Shown one piece after another: positions 37,574-48,914 of a DNA stretch of 64,000 bases (its first letter is position 1; every line of letters starts with the position of its first letter). The DNA lies in assembly GCF_016432865.1 (NCBI RefSeq), contig NC_067401.1, forward strand, positions 99,696,001 through 99,760,000. The letters run 5' to 3'. Made by a program: the position numbers and the translations under genes. The notes under the pieces are model-generated. The model saw only the letters and a program-made list of their open reading frames with translations. It searched no databases and was not told the DNA's origin. The stretch comes from Antechinus flavipes (taxonomy: Eukaryota).

Positions 37574-37831
37574 GGGTTGTTCGGAGCTCTGCCGGATCCC
37601 GATGGTGGAATATAAGCTCGACAGTGAGGGCACCCCCTGCGAGTACAAAACCCCTTTCAGGAGGAACACGACTTGGCACCGGGTCCCTACTCCTGCCGGG
37701 CAGCCTCTGTCCAGGGCCTCCCCGATCCTGGGCACGGCCGACCGGCTGCCCTGCCAGCAGCTTCTCCAGCAGGCGCAGACGGCCATTCCTCGGAGCACGT
37801 CCTTTGACCGAAAATTACCGGATGGCACAAG
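37574..37831 (+). CDS. SIPA1L2: SIPA1L2 exon (GCSELCRIPMVEYKLDSEGTPCEYK...FDRKLPDGT-R)
   Basis: Acceptor ctgcag|G, donor AG|gtaaaa, 258 nt, phase 2 to 2. Confidence 0.96.
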
Positions 37832-38694
37832 GTAAAATCCTTCGTCCTTAAATTCCTCCCCTTTCCTTTTTCCTGTGCGCTCCTTATAGGCTTTTATTAT
37901 TGGCCTTCTTAGGGTGGGACTTTCCTTGTCTCTGTCCAGCCCTGTCCAGACTGTTGGGCTGAGGTTGCAGGTAGCTTGGGCAGAAGGCCGGGAGCAGCCA
38001 ACCAGGGAGCGGGTCATCCCTCTCTGATTGTAGTGGTTCTGTGGGAGAGGCCCGGAGTCCCCCCCAGAGCCAACGGCGCCTCCCCTTCCCCCACTGTGAA
38101 GCTGCGAGGTAGTCTGTGCTCCAAGCATCCTGGGTAAGGTGCCCTGGGAACTGTGACTGGGTCTGTGTGCACAAGTCATGAGCGTAAATAAGACAAGTCC
38201 ATCTTCTGCACAATTCGTGCCTAAATGCCATTATCAGAACATAGGGCACCACTGCCAGAAGTTCTGTGACCATTAGAGTCCTTCTGCTCTCCTTTCCTCC
38301 CTTAAAGGTCAAGCATAGTAAAGTCTTGTTAAAAATTCTTATTTGAAATGGATTTCTGTCGATGAGAGGGGAAGGCATGTAAAACCTGTAACTTTTTAAA
38401 AAGGCTTTTTTTAGAGTTTAGAATTTTTAACTTGTGTAACTTTTTAATTTTTATTATATAGGTAGATACAAATATGTATACACATATGCACATGGGTACA
38501 CATAAAACACGCATACATTTCTCCATCTGTGTGTGTGTATCACACCATGGTAGAAGAATAAATATGTATCTATGTACCGTGTTAATTCATTTGGATAAAA
38601 ACTTATTTGCAGGAACTTCTCTAGATGGCAAAATAAGAGTTAATTTATTTGTAAAGAATCTGATCAACACTTATTCCCCCCACACACACACATA

Positions 38695-38965
38695 TTTAGT
38701 TTTTCCAATTAAATATAAAAACAAATTTTTAACATTTTGCTTATTAAAATTTTGAGTTCTAAATTTTTCTTCCTCCCTCCCTTCTCACCCCCCTCAGTGA
38801 GAAGGCAAGCATGATATAGCATGATTTGCAATCATGCAAAACATTTCCATGTTAGTCATATTATGAAAGAAAACACAGGGATCCCCCCCCAAAAAAAAAA
38901 AACCAAGAAAAATAAAGTTTAAAAGTATGCTTCAATCTGCATTCAGACTCAGTCAGTTCTTTCTG
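38695..38965 (-). mobile_element. Old L1 3'UTR
   Basis: ttaaaattttgagttctaaatt...gagaaggcaagc...atcatgcaaaacatttccat...gtatgcttcaatctgcattcagactc. Confidence 0.7.
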
Positions 38966-39996
38966 ACTCTTTTTCTTTCTTAATGTTTATTATGCTTGAA
39001 GCTTGGAAAGTGTTTCTTCCCTGTGCCTCTTCTCATTAAAGTATACTGTTTCTCCAAACAATGTTGACAGGCTGTATATGAAATGTGGTAATTGATAAGA
39101 GAGCCTTATACATCTTGATTTGCCAAATGTTCTCTTACTTTTCTTTTTCCTTTCTTTATTTATTAAATTTCAAGAGACTCACATTCCACTCTCTGCCCAA
39201 GGAAGAGCATTTAATCTGGTTCAATTAAAGACACACTGAATTTAGTGACTTCCACACCAGTAAAGATACAAGTAGACAATATAGGATAGGGATCCATCAT
39301 AACAAATTGATGTGCATATACAAAATAAAATCCTTTATGGAAGCTTAAATGAAGAAAAAATTCCTCAAAGAATTTTCTATGTTAAGATGGTATACTAGTA
39401 AAAAAATATTAAATAAAATAATATCTAAACTAGATCTCATAGCAAAAGAATTCAATAGCTATTTTTTGTGCTTGCCCCCAACATTAATTCATTTCTGTAT
39501 TTCATGGGCAAATTGTACTCTCAGAGAAACACGATTACAATGAACAGTGATGATCATTTGAAAATGAATAGAGCTCACCAGAATGGCATAAAGTGTAATG
39601 AAAAAATCTATTGGGACTGTTCTTATTCTAATTCTACAATCTTTTCTTTTCCTCTGTTCCTATTTTCCTATATTCTACTTTCTACATGAATCTGTATACT
39701 GAGTTCTGTAGGTGATTAAGTGTGGTTTTGTTTCTACACATATTTCTTTTCACTGTAACATTCCCAACCATAAAGCAACTGACATATCTCATTATAATCA
39801 ACTCTTAATTGCTTATGGCTTAATTATCCTGTTCTGAATGGTTTGGGGTAGTTTCTTTTTTTTTAATCTCAACATGTTTCTTTTCTTTGTAATTATAAAA
39901 AAAGAATTTATATATAAAACAAAACAAGCCAGGTCAAGATGTTGAAACTCTACAAATACCTTAGTGCATTGTTAATGATTCTAGTCAACATTACAG

Positions 39997-40080
39997 AAGT
40001 TCACCAAGCAACCAGTCATCTTCCAGTGACCCAGGACCCAGCGGGAGTAGCCACTGGAGACAGCAAGTGGGATATGACGG
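39997..40080 (+). CDS. SIPA1L2: SIPA1L2 84-nt symmetric exon (SSPSNQSSSSDPGPSGSSHWRQQVGYD-G)
   Basis: Acceptor ttacag|A, donor GG|gtattg, phase 2 to 2. Matches the recalled human segment SSPSNQSSSSDPGP...VGYDG. Not flagged in this frame by the ORF track. Confidence 0.9.
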
Positions 40081-41566
40081 GTATTGATGATTTTCTGTTG
40101 CATTATAGTCTTCTATTTTCTATAGAGGCTTTTAAAAAAATCACATTATTTCACAGCTGTAGGTATATTCAGAATCTTCTTAGTTTGTTTTTTTTGTTGT
40201 TGTTATTGTCAATTTTTTAATTTCTGTAAAAGAAAACATAAAATTGAAAATTAAGCCTTTAGGGAAACGAGAAACTACTCTTTGGTAATGTTCCTTTAAA
40301 TGCTGAAGAAGCCTAAACACCCAACCTTCATTAAAGCAGATTTTTTTCCTCTTTAAGTTATTGCCCAAAGTTTAAGTATATATAAATAGTAAATAATAAT
40401 TGTATAAATAGATGAACATTTTAAAGTAATATTTTATTAATTATAGTAGCAAGCATTTAAGTAGCTCTTTAGAAGCTTGTAAAATATTTTGCAGAGAGCC
40501 ATTTGAGAAAATTTAACCAAAAAAACATTTTTTAATTCATAACCTTGGTGTGCGATAGCCCCTTAGCATTTGACATGTTATCCAAGCAGCAGAATATTGT
40601 TGCCTTGACACGTTTCACTATAAAATATCCCTGGTTGTATATGCATAGTGTCTAGGAGCAGACTGGAGCAAAGTCATATGGTTCATTCTGAGCATAGTGA
40701 CAGCTGAATTGATTGATGCTAATAACAGAGAAAACATTAATAAATTTCATAGGAAGAAAATGGAAAAAATGCTCGTCTAGTCAGATTTTTCTGCGGATAG
40801 TAATTGCTTCTAGTAACTGTGGCTTGTTGCTTTGCAATAGAATGCCATTTTAAAGGAATGATTTAGAGAATAACCAAGTCAAATATTAGCATGAGGAAAG
40901 ATTTTATGTTACTATATTAATATGTACAAAAGAAAACCTTACACCCATTCCTTCCTTTTGCTTCTTTCTTTTGCATGTAGAATTGTTTTAAGGATGTGTT
41001 TATTTTACTTTGTGTGGGTATTCAAATTATTTGTATAAATAGATAATATTTTAAAGTAATAATTTACAAACAGCTCATTTGACAAAATTTGACAAAAAAA
41101 ATTTATAGCCATTTGCAATTCTGAATTTAAAAAAAATTGGCGTAGGGTTTTCTTAGTTGGACCCACTTCTCTACTGCCCCAAAACCAGTCAGATATATAG
41201 ACCTGCCTTTAAAAATGTTTAATTTCTAAAGGCAGCTACAAAGAGCCAAACAGAGACTGCACAGTAGATGGCTCCGTTCTTATGATTCTGGTTATTTAAC
41301 CTTTTATGACTCCCATGTGGTCTTACTGACTGACCATTTGGTGCATTCACTAAAGTTCTGCAGACTTCAAGGCACTTGCCTTTAGTGCTAGACTTGAGTT
41401 GAAAGGTATCTACTTTTTTTTTTTTTTTTTTTTTAATGAGGAAATGGCTTCTAAGTAAAGTTCCCTTTTTATTTCTGTTTTGGAAATTTGAGACATAAAG
41501 AATGGTCGTGATTATGGGTTGGGTTGGTTTGCAAACAAGAACCTTAATTTCCCTATTTCTATTTAG

Positions 41567-41667
41567 GTGCCAGTCTCCTCTGCTTCATGAACACCAGAGT
41601 TCCGGTCCACTGGAGTGTGAAGGAGCCAGGGAGCGAGAAGAAATTATGGAAGGAACGAGACTTTCTG
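41567..41667 (+). CDS. SIPA1L2: SIPA1L2 exon (CQSPLLHEHQSSGPLECEGAREREEIMEGTRLS-E)
   Basis: Acceptor atttag|G, donor TG|gtaatt, 101 nt, phase 2 to 1. Confidence 0.93.
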
Positions 41668-42120
41668 GTAATTATATACACCGCAGGGTTCATTAAGGAC
41701 TCCCAATGCTTGCTCGTCCATTCATCCCGTAGATGTTAACCAAGCATTTTCCAACAGCCGCTAGCCTTCCCGTTTCTGAGCTCTTTTCTGTAGGTATATC
41801 AAGCCTTTCCCTGCCAACAACCAGGAGGAAGGCACCCAGAGGTGTATAGAGCGGAAGGAGAATTCTGCCCTCCAGAAAGCTCTCTCAAGTCAGGGAGCGA
41901 GGATAGTAGTAATGGCTAGGGGGGCAGGGGCGGGGGGAGATGACTTCAATAACAGTAAATCTTACCTGAGAGTGTGCATTTTGGGAAGGCCAGGAAGTCC
42001 TGGAGCCCCATTCCTCTGTATTCCCGCCTGATCATTTGTTCTGCAGGTATCTTTCTTTCCCTTGAGAATTTTCCTAACCTTACAGATTGGGAACTCAAAT
42101 CTTCTCTCCATTTGTGGCAG

Positions 42121-42224
42121 AAACCAAGTGGCACGGACCACCTTCCAAAGTCTTGAGTTCCTATAAAGAGCGAGCCCTACAGAAAGAAGGAAGTTGCAAA
42201 GACTCCCCGAATAAGCTTTCTCAC
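42121..42224 (+). CDS. SIPA1L2: SIPA1L2 exon (TKWHGPPSKVLSSYKERALQKEGSCKDSPNKLSH)
   Basis: Acceptor ggcag|AA, donor CAC|gtaagt, 104 nt, phase 1 to 0. Confidence 0.93.
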
Positions 42225-43254
42225 GTAAGTTTTTTTATTTGAAGATTAGTTACTAATCCATGTCAGAGACGAAGATGTATTTTTTATAGAGAGACTTCAA
42301 ACCACATTCTTTAAGGATCACTCTTCATCTTCATGGGTTGCCTTGGAGATGAGGAAAACCAGAAACAGACTGTTTTATTCTGTTTTACAGAGGAAAAAGC
42401 TACCAATGACATGCCCAACGTCACAAAAAATTAGGGACAGAGCTAAAAATAGAACTCCCACTTTCTGGTTCCTATTACTGGATCATATTATTCTTTCCAA
42501 CCCTTCCCCCCTTTAATCCAAACACTTTTTAGCTAGGAAAATAAATGTCCAAAATACATAATTGAAAGTTCATTAATGCAACTTGGGATCAAATAATCTA
42601 TATTTAAAATAAGTTCATGACAAGAACATTTTTGAAATGAAGGTTAAATACACGTATGTATTCTACCTTAATGGAACTGTGCTTCCAATTAAAAATAAAT
42701 TAGAATCCCTATATTCGTGGTTATTACCATGTATTTCCAGAAACAAATTCATAAATAAAAGTATTGCATGAATGACTGTACAATACATTTGTGATTACAT
42801 CAGGATGAATAAACTTACTCTCCACAGACAGATTAAAATTTAGTAGGTAAGTGCCAGGGAGTTGCCTGAGACATATGGCACTAAGTGACTTTACCAGATA
42901 CTAACCTATCTCAGGAAAGTTTTGAGCCCAACTCTTCACGACTTTTTAGTCTCTCACATATTATGCTGCAAATTTCATTAATGAAAAATGTGGAAGTTTA
43001 CACTTTACCATCTTTATAATTGTTAAGAATAATGTAGATGTTTACTAGCCAACCACATTCCACATGTCTTCACGTGACTACTAGAATGGAAGATAAAATC
43101 TTATTCTATTCAGTTCAGTTTTTTACAGACCCTAAATCTATAAAGCCCTACCTGTAATTTAAGCATTGGGAAAGTGCTAGGAATATAGACATCTGCTAAA
43201 AAGATCAGTGAGACTTACTTAAGGATCTCACAGGAACATGTACAGTCTATAACA

Positions 43255-43390
43255 AATTGCTTGTGTCCTCAGGGGGAAAGCTTAGGGAGGGGAGAAAGGG
43301 AAGGAGAGAATTTGGAACTTAAAAAAAATTTTTAAAAACAAATGTTAAAACTTGCTTTTACATGTAATGGGGGGAATGTATTTTTTTTTT
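43255..43390 (+). mobile_element. Old L1 extreme 3' end
   Basis: gggaggggggagaaagggaaggagagaatttggaacttaaaa...atgttaaaac..tttttacatgtaat. Confidence 0.6.
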
Positions 43391-43968
43391 TTAAAGAATC
43401 TAGCAGAAATTAAAAAGGAGTCACTTTAAAATAGATTAGGGACAGGACCTTTGTCCAGTTGGGGTTGTCATTTGCTAATTGGCTCCTGATATGTTAACTT
43501 GGCCTTGGAGACGGAGGCCATAGATGTATGAATATTGCCAGAATGGAGACGACAGAATGTTTTCCTTTTCCCATCAGTAAAATGATAGTGCCTAGTGCTC
43601 CTACTGCCATCTTCACCATATAAATCATTGGAGTACTTTCCCATGAAAACATCCTTGTCCCTTCTGTAAATCACCCTCCTACTTCCCTTGCCTGCGTATT
43701 GTCCCTAACTTTTATATTTTGCTGATTTTATGGCTATTTGGAGAGTGACAACATGTCTGCTTCGTGCTCGGATGATTGTTTTCTGCCAGTAGAAGTCATG
43801 CCAAACTAAGGGAAAGAAAAGGGGAGGAACAGGTTTTGAAAGGGTTTGTTCTTCCCCCAAAACAGCCTCTAAAATAAACTTGTTTTACTGCTTTCCTATT
43901 TCTGTTTTCGCTGCCTGTATTTCCTGTACTGTAACACTCACCATTTATTTAGCCTAGTTCTGGACACA

Positions 43969-44080
43969 GCCTCATTTTACAGACGGGAAAACAAGTTTAG
44001 AGAAATTAAGGGACTTGCCTGCTGTCACTCAGTACTCGGGTGAGGAGAGATTCGAATCTGGGTCTTCTCCAGTTTCTGAG
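43969..44080 (-). mobile_element. MIR/CORE-SINE fragment (GC-shifted)
   Basis: cctcattttacagacgggaaaac...aagggacttgcc...gattcgaatctgggtcttc. Confidence 0.7.
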
Positions 44081-44374
44081 ACCCTAGTGTCTCCCGAGGA
44101 ACCGTGGCAAATAGTGCCGTGGAAACATTCAGTCCTCTCCATTCGGGTAGTGCTTCATAAAAGGCTCATCAGCTGACTGGCGGCTTGGTATCCGATGCGC
44201 TCTGCCCAGGATTGTTGCCGTTACTGTTGGGGCTTTTAAATCATGCGTCTGTCTCCTGTTGGGGGTAATAAGAGGGTTTGGTTGTTAGGAGAGAGATATG
44301 TGAGACTGATAGGCTTTATAGATGAATGAGGTAAAAATCTGTTTTAAAAAAAACCACTGTTTTTCCTCTTCAAG

Positions 44375-44763
44375 ATTGGAGACAAAAACTGTTCCAGTCA
44401 CTCCAGCAGTAACACCCTCTCCAGTAATACATCCAGCAACAGTGACGACAAGCACTTTGGCTCCGGAGACCTCATGGACCCCGAATTGCTGGGCCTGACC
44501 TACATTAAAGGGGCCTCCACGGACAGCGGCATCGACACCACCCCCTGCATGTCCACCTCGATGATGGGCCCCCTGCACCTGACGGGCAGCAGGTCCATGA
44601 TGCACAGTCGGGCGGAGCAGTGGGCCGACGCCGCGGAGGGGCCCGGCCCCGAGGAGGAGCAGCCCAAGCTCTACGCGGTCCACAGCTACCCCTCGGCCAT
44701 CTCTGTCAGCAACACTGCGGAAGGCAGCCTGGGGGACCTGAGCGAGATCTCCTCCCATTCCAG
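44375..44763 (+). CDS. SIPA1L2: SIPA1L2 exon (IGDKNCSSHSSSNTLSSNTSSNSDDKHFGSGDLMDPELLGLTYIKGASTDSGIDTT...EISSHS-S)
   Basis: Acceptor ttcaag|ATT, donor AG|gtacgg, 389 nt, phase 0 to 2. Confidence 0.96.
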
Positions 44764-44879
44764 GTACGGCACCGGGGGGCCCGCCGCGTGACCCACGGCC
44801 CGGTTGGGCTGATCGGCCCGGGATCGGGCTCGGAACCGCAGACATGCGCTGCTGGCTCTGGGAGTTCTGGCAGTTGGGA

Positions 44880-45030
44880 CCCTCTTTCTTGGCAGAGATC
44901 CCGCCCTTTCCTTCTCCAGTGCGTCACGCGGATGAGGAAACTGAGAGAATGGGGTTCGGTGACGGGCCCAGAGTCACCCAGCCAGTGTCCGAGGCGGGAG
45001 CTCAGGAAGGCGTGGCTCCGCTGACTCCCC
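44880..45030 (-). mobile_element. Mar1-type CORE-SINE, strongly GC-shifted
   Basis: tttcttggcagagat...ccttctccag...gatgaggaaactgag...gtgac..gcccagagtcac..agccagtgtccgaggc...ctcaggaag. Confidence 0.75.
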
Positions 45031-45879
45031 CAGAAGCCTTCCTGGGGGGCAGGAAGGAAATGCCGTGGAATTGGGAGACACTGGGCAGAAGATTGGGGTG
45101 GGCTTTCCACTGCCATTCTGTGCGTTGGCTCATTGGTGGAACACGTGGAGCTCGCGGTTATGGGCTGTGCTGAGCAGTTTGGGAGGGCGGAGGGACACCC
45201 CTCCTTTTGTGAGGGTGCCATGGGTTCCCCCACAGCTTCACAAGCGGCCTCCATAGAGTTCCCCATTCCCTGCAGGAGGATCCCCTCCCCACAAGGCCTT
45301 TCCTGCTTCTCCGAGCACCTTTTCCCTTTCCGGTTACCTTCATGTATTCGATGACATAATCTTTGTACTTGGAGATTTGCACGTTGCCCCTCCCTTAGCC
45401 TGGGAACCCCCTGAAAGCAAGGATACAGTTTGCCTTATGCTTAGTGTGCTACTTGGCCCACAGCAGACAGCCAGTACAATCTTGGTGAAAGACTATTATA
45501 TGGTATATAGATTATATGACATAAATATTATATATGATAAAATGCATATGAATTCATCTCTTTGGATGAGAGAAGGGGACTGTGGAAATAAAGTGAATAG
45601 GGATATTTTGGCCCTTTTGCAGAGAGATACATTTTGCTTCCAATTGAATGTTGATAAGTAAATTAATTTCAAAAATCCATATAAATTAAGTTATCTGTGC
45701 GATTTTCTTTTACTTGAATCATGACAGAAACCAGAGATGCACATAGGTGCATGCATGTATTTGTGTCTATGTATACTCAAGTACAGATGTTTGTGTGCAT
45801 ATATATGCATGTGCTCATTTTACATACATGCAGACATACCCACATATAGTTAGATATATTGATTGATTGATAGATCAAA

Positions 45880-46120
45880 ATCAATTGGTAAGCATTTATT
45901 AAGTGCCAACTGTGTGCCAAGCACTGTGCTACATGTTAGGGATATAAAAAGAGACAAAAGACAGTTTCTGCCCTAAAGGAACTTATAATTTAATGAGGAA
46001 GCTGACATTTAAACAAATTTACAAACCAAGCAGTATACATGAAAAATAGGAAATGATTAAAAGAGAGAAAGCACAAGAATTAAAAAGGATGAAGAAGGGC
46101 CTCCTTAGAAGAGGGGATAG
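45880..46120 (-). mobile_element. L2 3' end
   Basis: aagcatttattaagtgccaactgtgtgccaagcactgtgcta... Confidence 0.85.
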
Positions 46121-47509
46121 ATTTATACTTCCCTTACTTCAACGCAGTGTCCATAAGTTGCTAAAAAAGGAGCTGTTAAGGTAAAGCATGTTTCTTCATG
46201 AACTTCCTTCTCTTCCCCTTTAAATTGGGAGTTATGATGGAATATTAGAAATGAGTTAGTGGGGGCATAGAGAGGTATGTGCACAAGACATGAGGCTGTG
46301 TTTCTCTAATTGTATTCTGTAACACAGACTTAATGGGAAGAGTTAGACTAAAGCTCTTTGTTTTCTAATAGAAAGGAGATGTGAATTAATAGATCGTTAT
46401 TTGACATTGTTAGTCAAGGTTGAAACTAAATTTAAAAGATGTGTTCTCATTAGAAATATGTAACATATGATCATTAGTGGTTTTGAGTCAGACTTCATGC
46501 ATGCTACAAACAACAAAAATCAGAGAATCTTGATAATAACTTAAAATTGGGATTTTAATCCCTTTTCTCAGTTTAATTTAAAAACTAAATCAAGAAAATT
46601 CATGTGAAGGGCTAGCCCTAGGGGGAAATCTTGAAGTAAACAAAGTTAGCTTTGGTAACTCTCTCTACCATATCATTCTCCTGGGCTGTAGCCCATATTT
46701 CTCCCTACCAGTTCCATACATCCTTGATTTTCCTTTCTTAACTCAAATTTAAAATGTATCTGGTATCTTTCCTCAAATCTTTCTGATTTTAAGGACAGTT
46801 GGTTGATCTAAAAAAAAATACTGTGTTAATAGTTGCTGGTGAATTAGTCACATTATATATTGCTCATTCTTTGGTACCTTAAATGCATCTGAATAGGAAC
46901 TTTTGGGAAACGCAAAGCTTTTAACAGCATATTGGTTCTTATGGTAGAAATTCTGAATAGAGCCATAGGATTAATATTACAAGGTAGACAGACCGTTGTG
47001 TTCAGATCACACCCTGCAGGTGACCACCTCTTCTGCCAGCCCTATAGATGGGGAGTCTTCTCTGCCTCCAACTGGCCATGAAGACAGACTGTTAAATAGT
47101 TTAGGTCCTTAGTTTAGTCATTAAATGGTTCAGGTCAGAAGAGTCATAGAAGGTGAGGTATTTACCCAAAGCCACACAGCAAATTGGTGAAAGAGTGGGA
47201 ACAAGAACATAAGACTTCTACCAGCAGATCAGTGCTCTTCCCCAATGCTTCCCAGCATTTAGTGAACATATAGTGAACAAGGATCTAAACTTCTAGCATG
47301 GAGAAAACATACCAACTGTTGGAGTAAAATATTTAAGTGACTGGCAGCTACATTCCCATGTTTGACATAAAAATGAACAGAACTTCCCTTTCCAGGGCAG
47401 GGAGTAAGATGCTAAAAGGCGTTTCATGACTATCATGTATGTTAAATGTGCTTCTTGTGTATAATTTTTTTGATAAGTCATCACTGTAAGTGCCTTCTGT
47501 CCATAGTCA

Positions 47510-48565
47510 CCATGGAAATAACTGAGAAAAGCAAAAGCACAGGGACCAGAGATGGAGGGTCATATTCAACAGACCTGGAAGCGAGCTTTGCTTATAGAAT
47601 ACTAGGAAGGAGTGGAAAAGTGTAAGACTGGAAAGGTGAGAAATGGGCTGGGTTATGAGGAGCTCTCAGAGCTAATGGACTGTATATTTCATCCTTGAGA
47701 TATTAGGAACTGAATCTTACTGAAGGGGAAGGGACACCACCAGAAAAATTCCCTTAGCTGTTGAGCAGAGCATTGGAGTGGGGTGGGACTTGAGGCAGAG
47801 AGAATCATTAGAAGGTTACTGTGATGGTCCAAATGAGAAATGATGAAGGTCTGAAGGAGATTTGTGAAATCTTGTGCAGGTACATGGGAGAAGACTTAGC
47901 AGTGGATCAGATTTCGGGGGTGAGAATAAGGAATCAAAGATGGCACCAAATTGTAAGCCCGTGTGATTGGGGAAATGGAGCCATTGACTGTAATAGGAGT
48001 TAAGGAGAGTTAAGAGAGAAAGTTGAATTCTTCTGGGGAAGTGTTGATCTTGAGCTGTCTATTGAACTATGGGATTGAGACTCCCAAGAGACATTTGGTA
48101 ATATGTAGCACAGTCCATGAAGCTAGTGATAGTTATATAGATCTGGAAATCATAGGCATAAAGATTATAATTATATCTGTGAAACCTAATGATATTATCA
48201 AGTGAAATATGAAAGAGGGAGAAGAGAAGAGGATCACATCCTCAAAGGACTCCTAGATTTAGTGAGCAAAATACAAATAAAGATTAACAAAAAAAGACAT
48301 TAGGAGAATCAGCAAAGGAAAACAGTAAGAAAGTGTAACAGTGTCATGAAAATCCAAAGAGAAAAGAACATCCAGGAGAAGGGTGACCATCAGCATCAGA
48401 AGCCACATTGAACAGACCAACAGATGTGGTAAGAAGGTATCACTGGTAATTTTGGAGAAGGTGATTTCAGATGAATGATGAGGTCAGAAGCCAGATTGTT
48501 GAGGGTTTAGAGGACAGTGATAGGAAAGAAAATTATAGCATCCAGTGTAGACAACTTTCTCAAAT
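47510..48565 (-). mobile_element. L2 body fragment
   Basis: gacttgaggcagagagaatcattagaaggttactgtgatggtccaaatgagaaatgatgaagg... and continuing L2 ORF-derived sequence. Confidence 0.7.
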
Positions 48566-48779
48566 ACTAAATACGCTCCTAATTCTTGGAGCATTTCTCA
48601 GTGTGTAAGTTATTGGTCTCCTTTTACTGCTTTAAAAAGCAAAACTTCCCCTATGTCTGCTATATATGATTTAATCATTTTCTTAATTATCTCTTCCACT
48701 TGAGGAATTAGGAGAATTGTAGAGGCACTCAGTTTAGATAGTTCTGTGTCTTGTTATTAGCACTAGAATGTTTTGTGTT

Positions 48780-48914
48780 GTTTTTATTGTTAAGTCATTT
48801 CTTAGTTGTGTCTGACTCTTCATGACCCTTTTGGGGCTTTTCTGTCAAAAGTACAGAAGTAGTTTGCCCTTTCCTTCTTCAGCTCATTTTTGCAGATGAG
48901 GAAACTGAGGCAAA
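48780..48914 (-). mobile_element. Mar1-type SINE 3' half
   Basis: gtgtctgactcttcatgaccc...ccttcttcagctcatttttgcagatgaggaaactgaggc. Confidence 0.85.

Noticed and set aside
37242-38378. Long antisense and alternative-frame ORFs (145, 220, 164, 106 aa) around the 37574-37831 exon
   Set aside because: They lie in a GC-rich, stop-poor patch or are shadows of the real exon, with low-complexity Pro/Arg/Gly content and no recognisable domain.
39345-39400. Peptide NEEKIPQRIFY resembling an RTE C-terminal motif
   Set aside because: Too short and immediately closed by a stop; cannot be supported without a profile search.
44285-45382. Overlapping 186, 134, 186 and 109 aa ORFs
   Set aside because: Same GC artefact; they run through a SINE remnant and the antisense of a coding exon.
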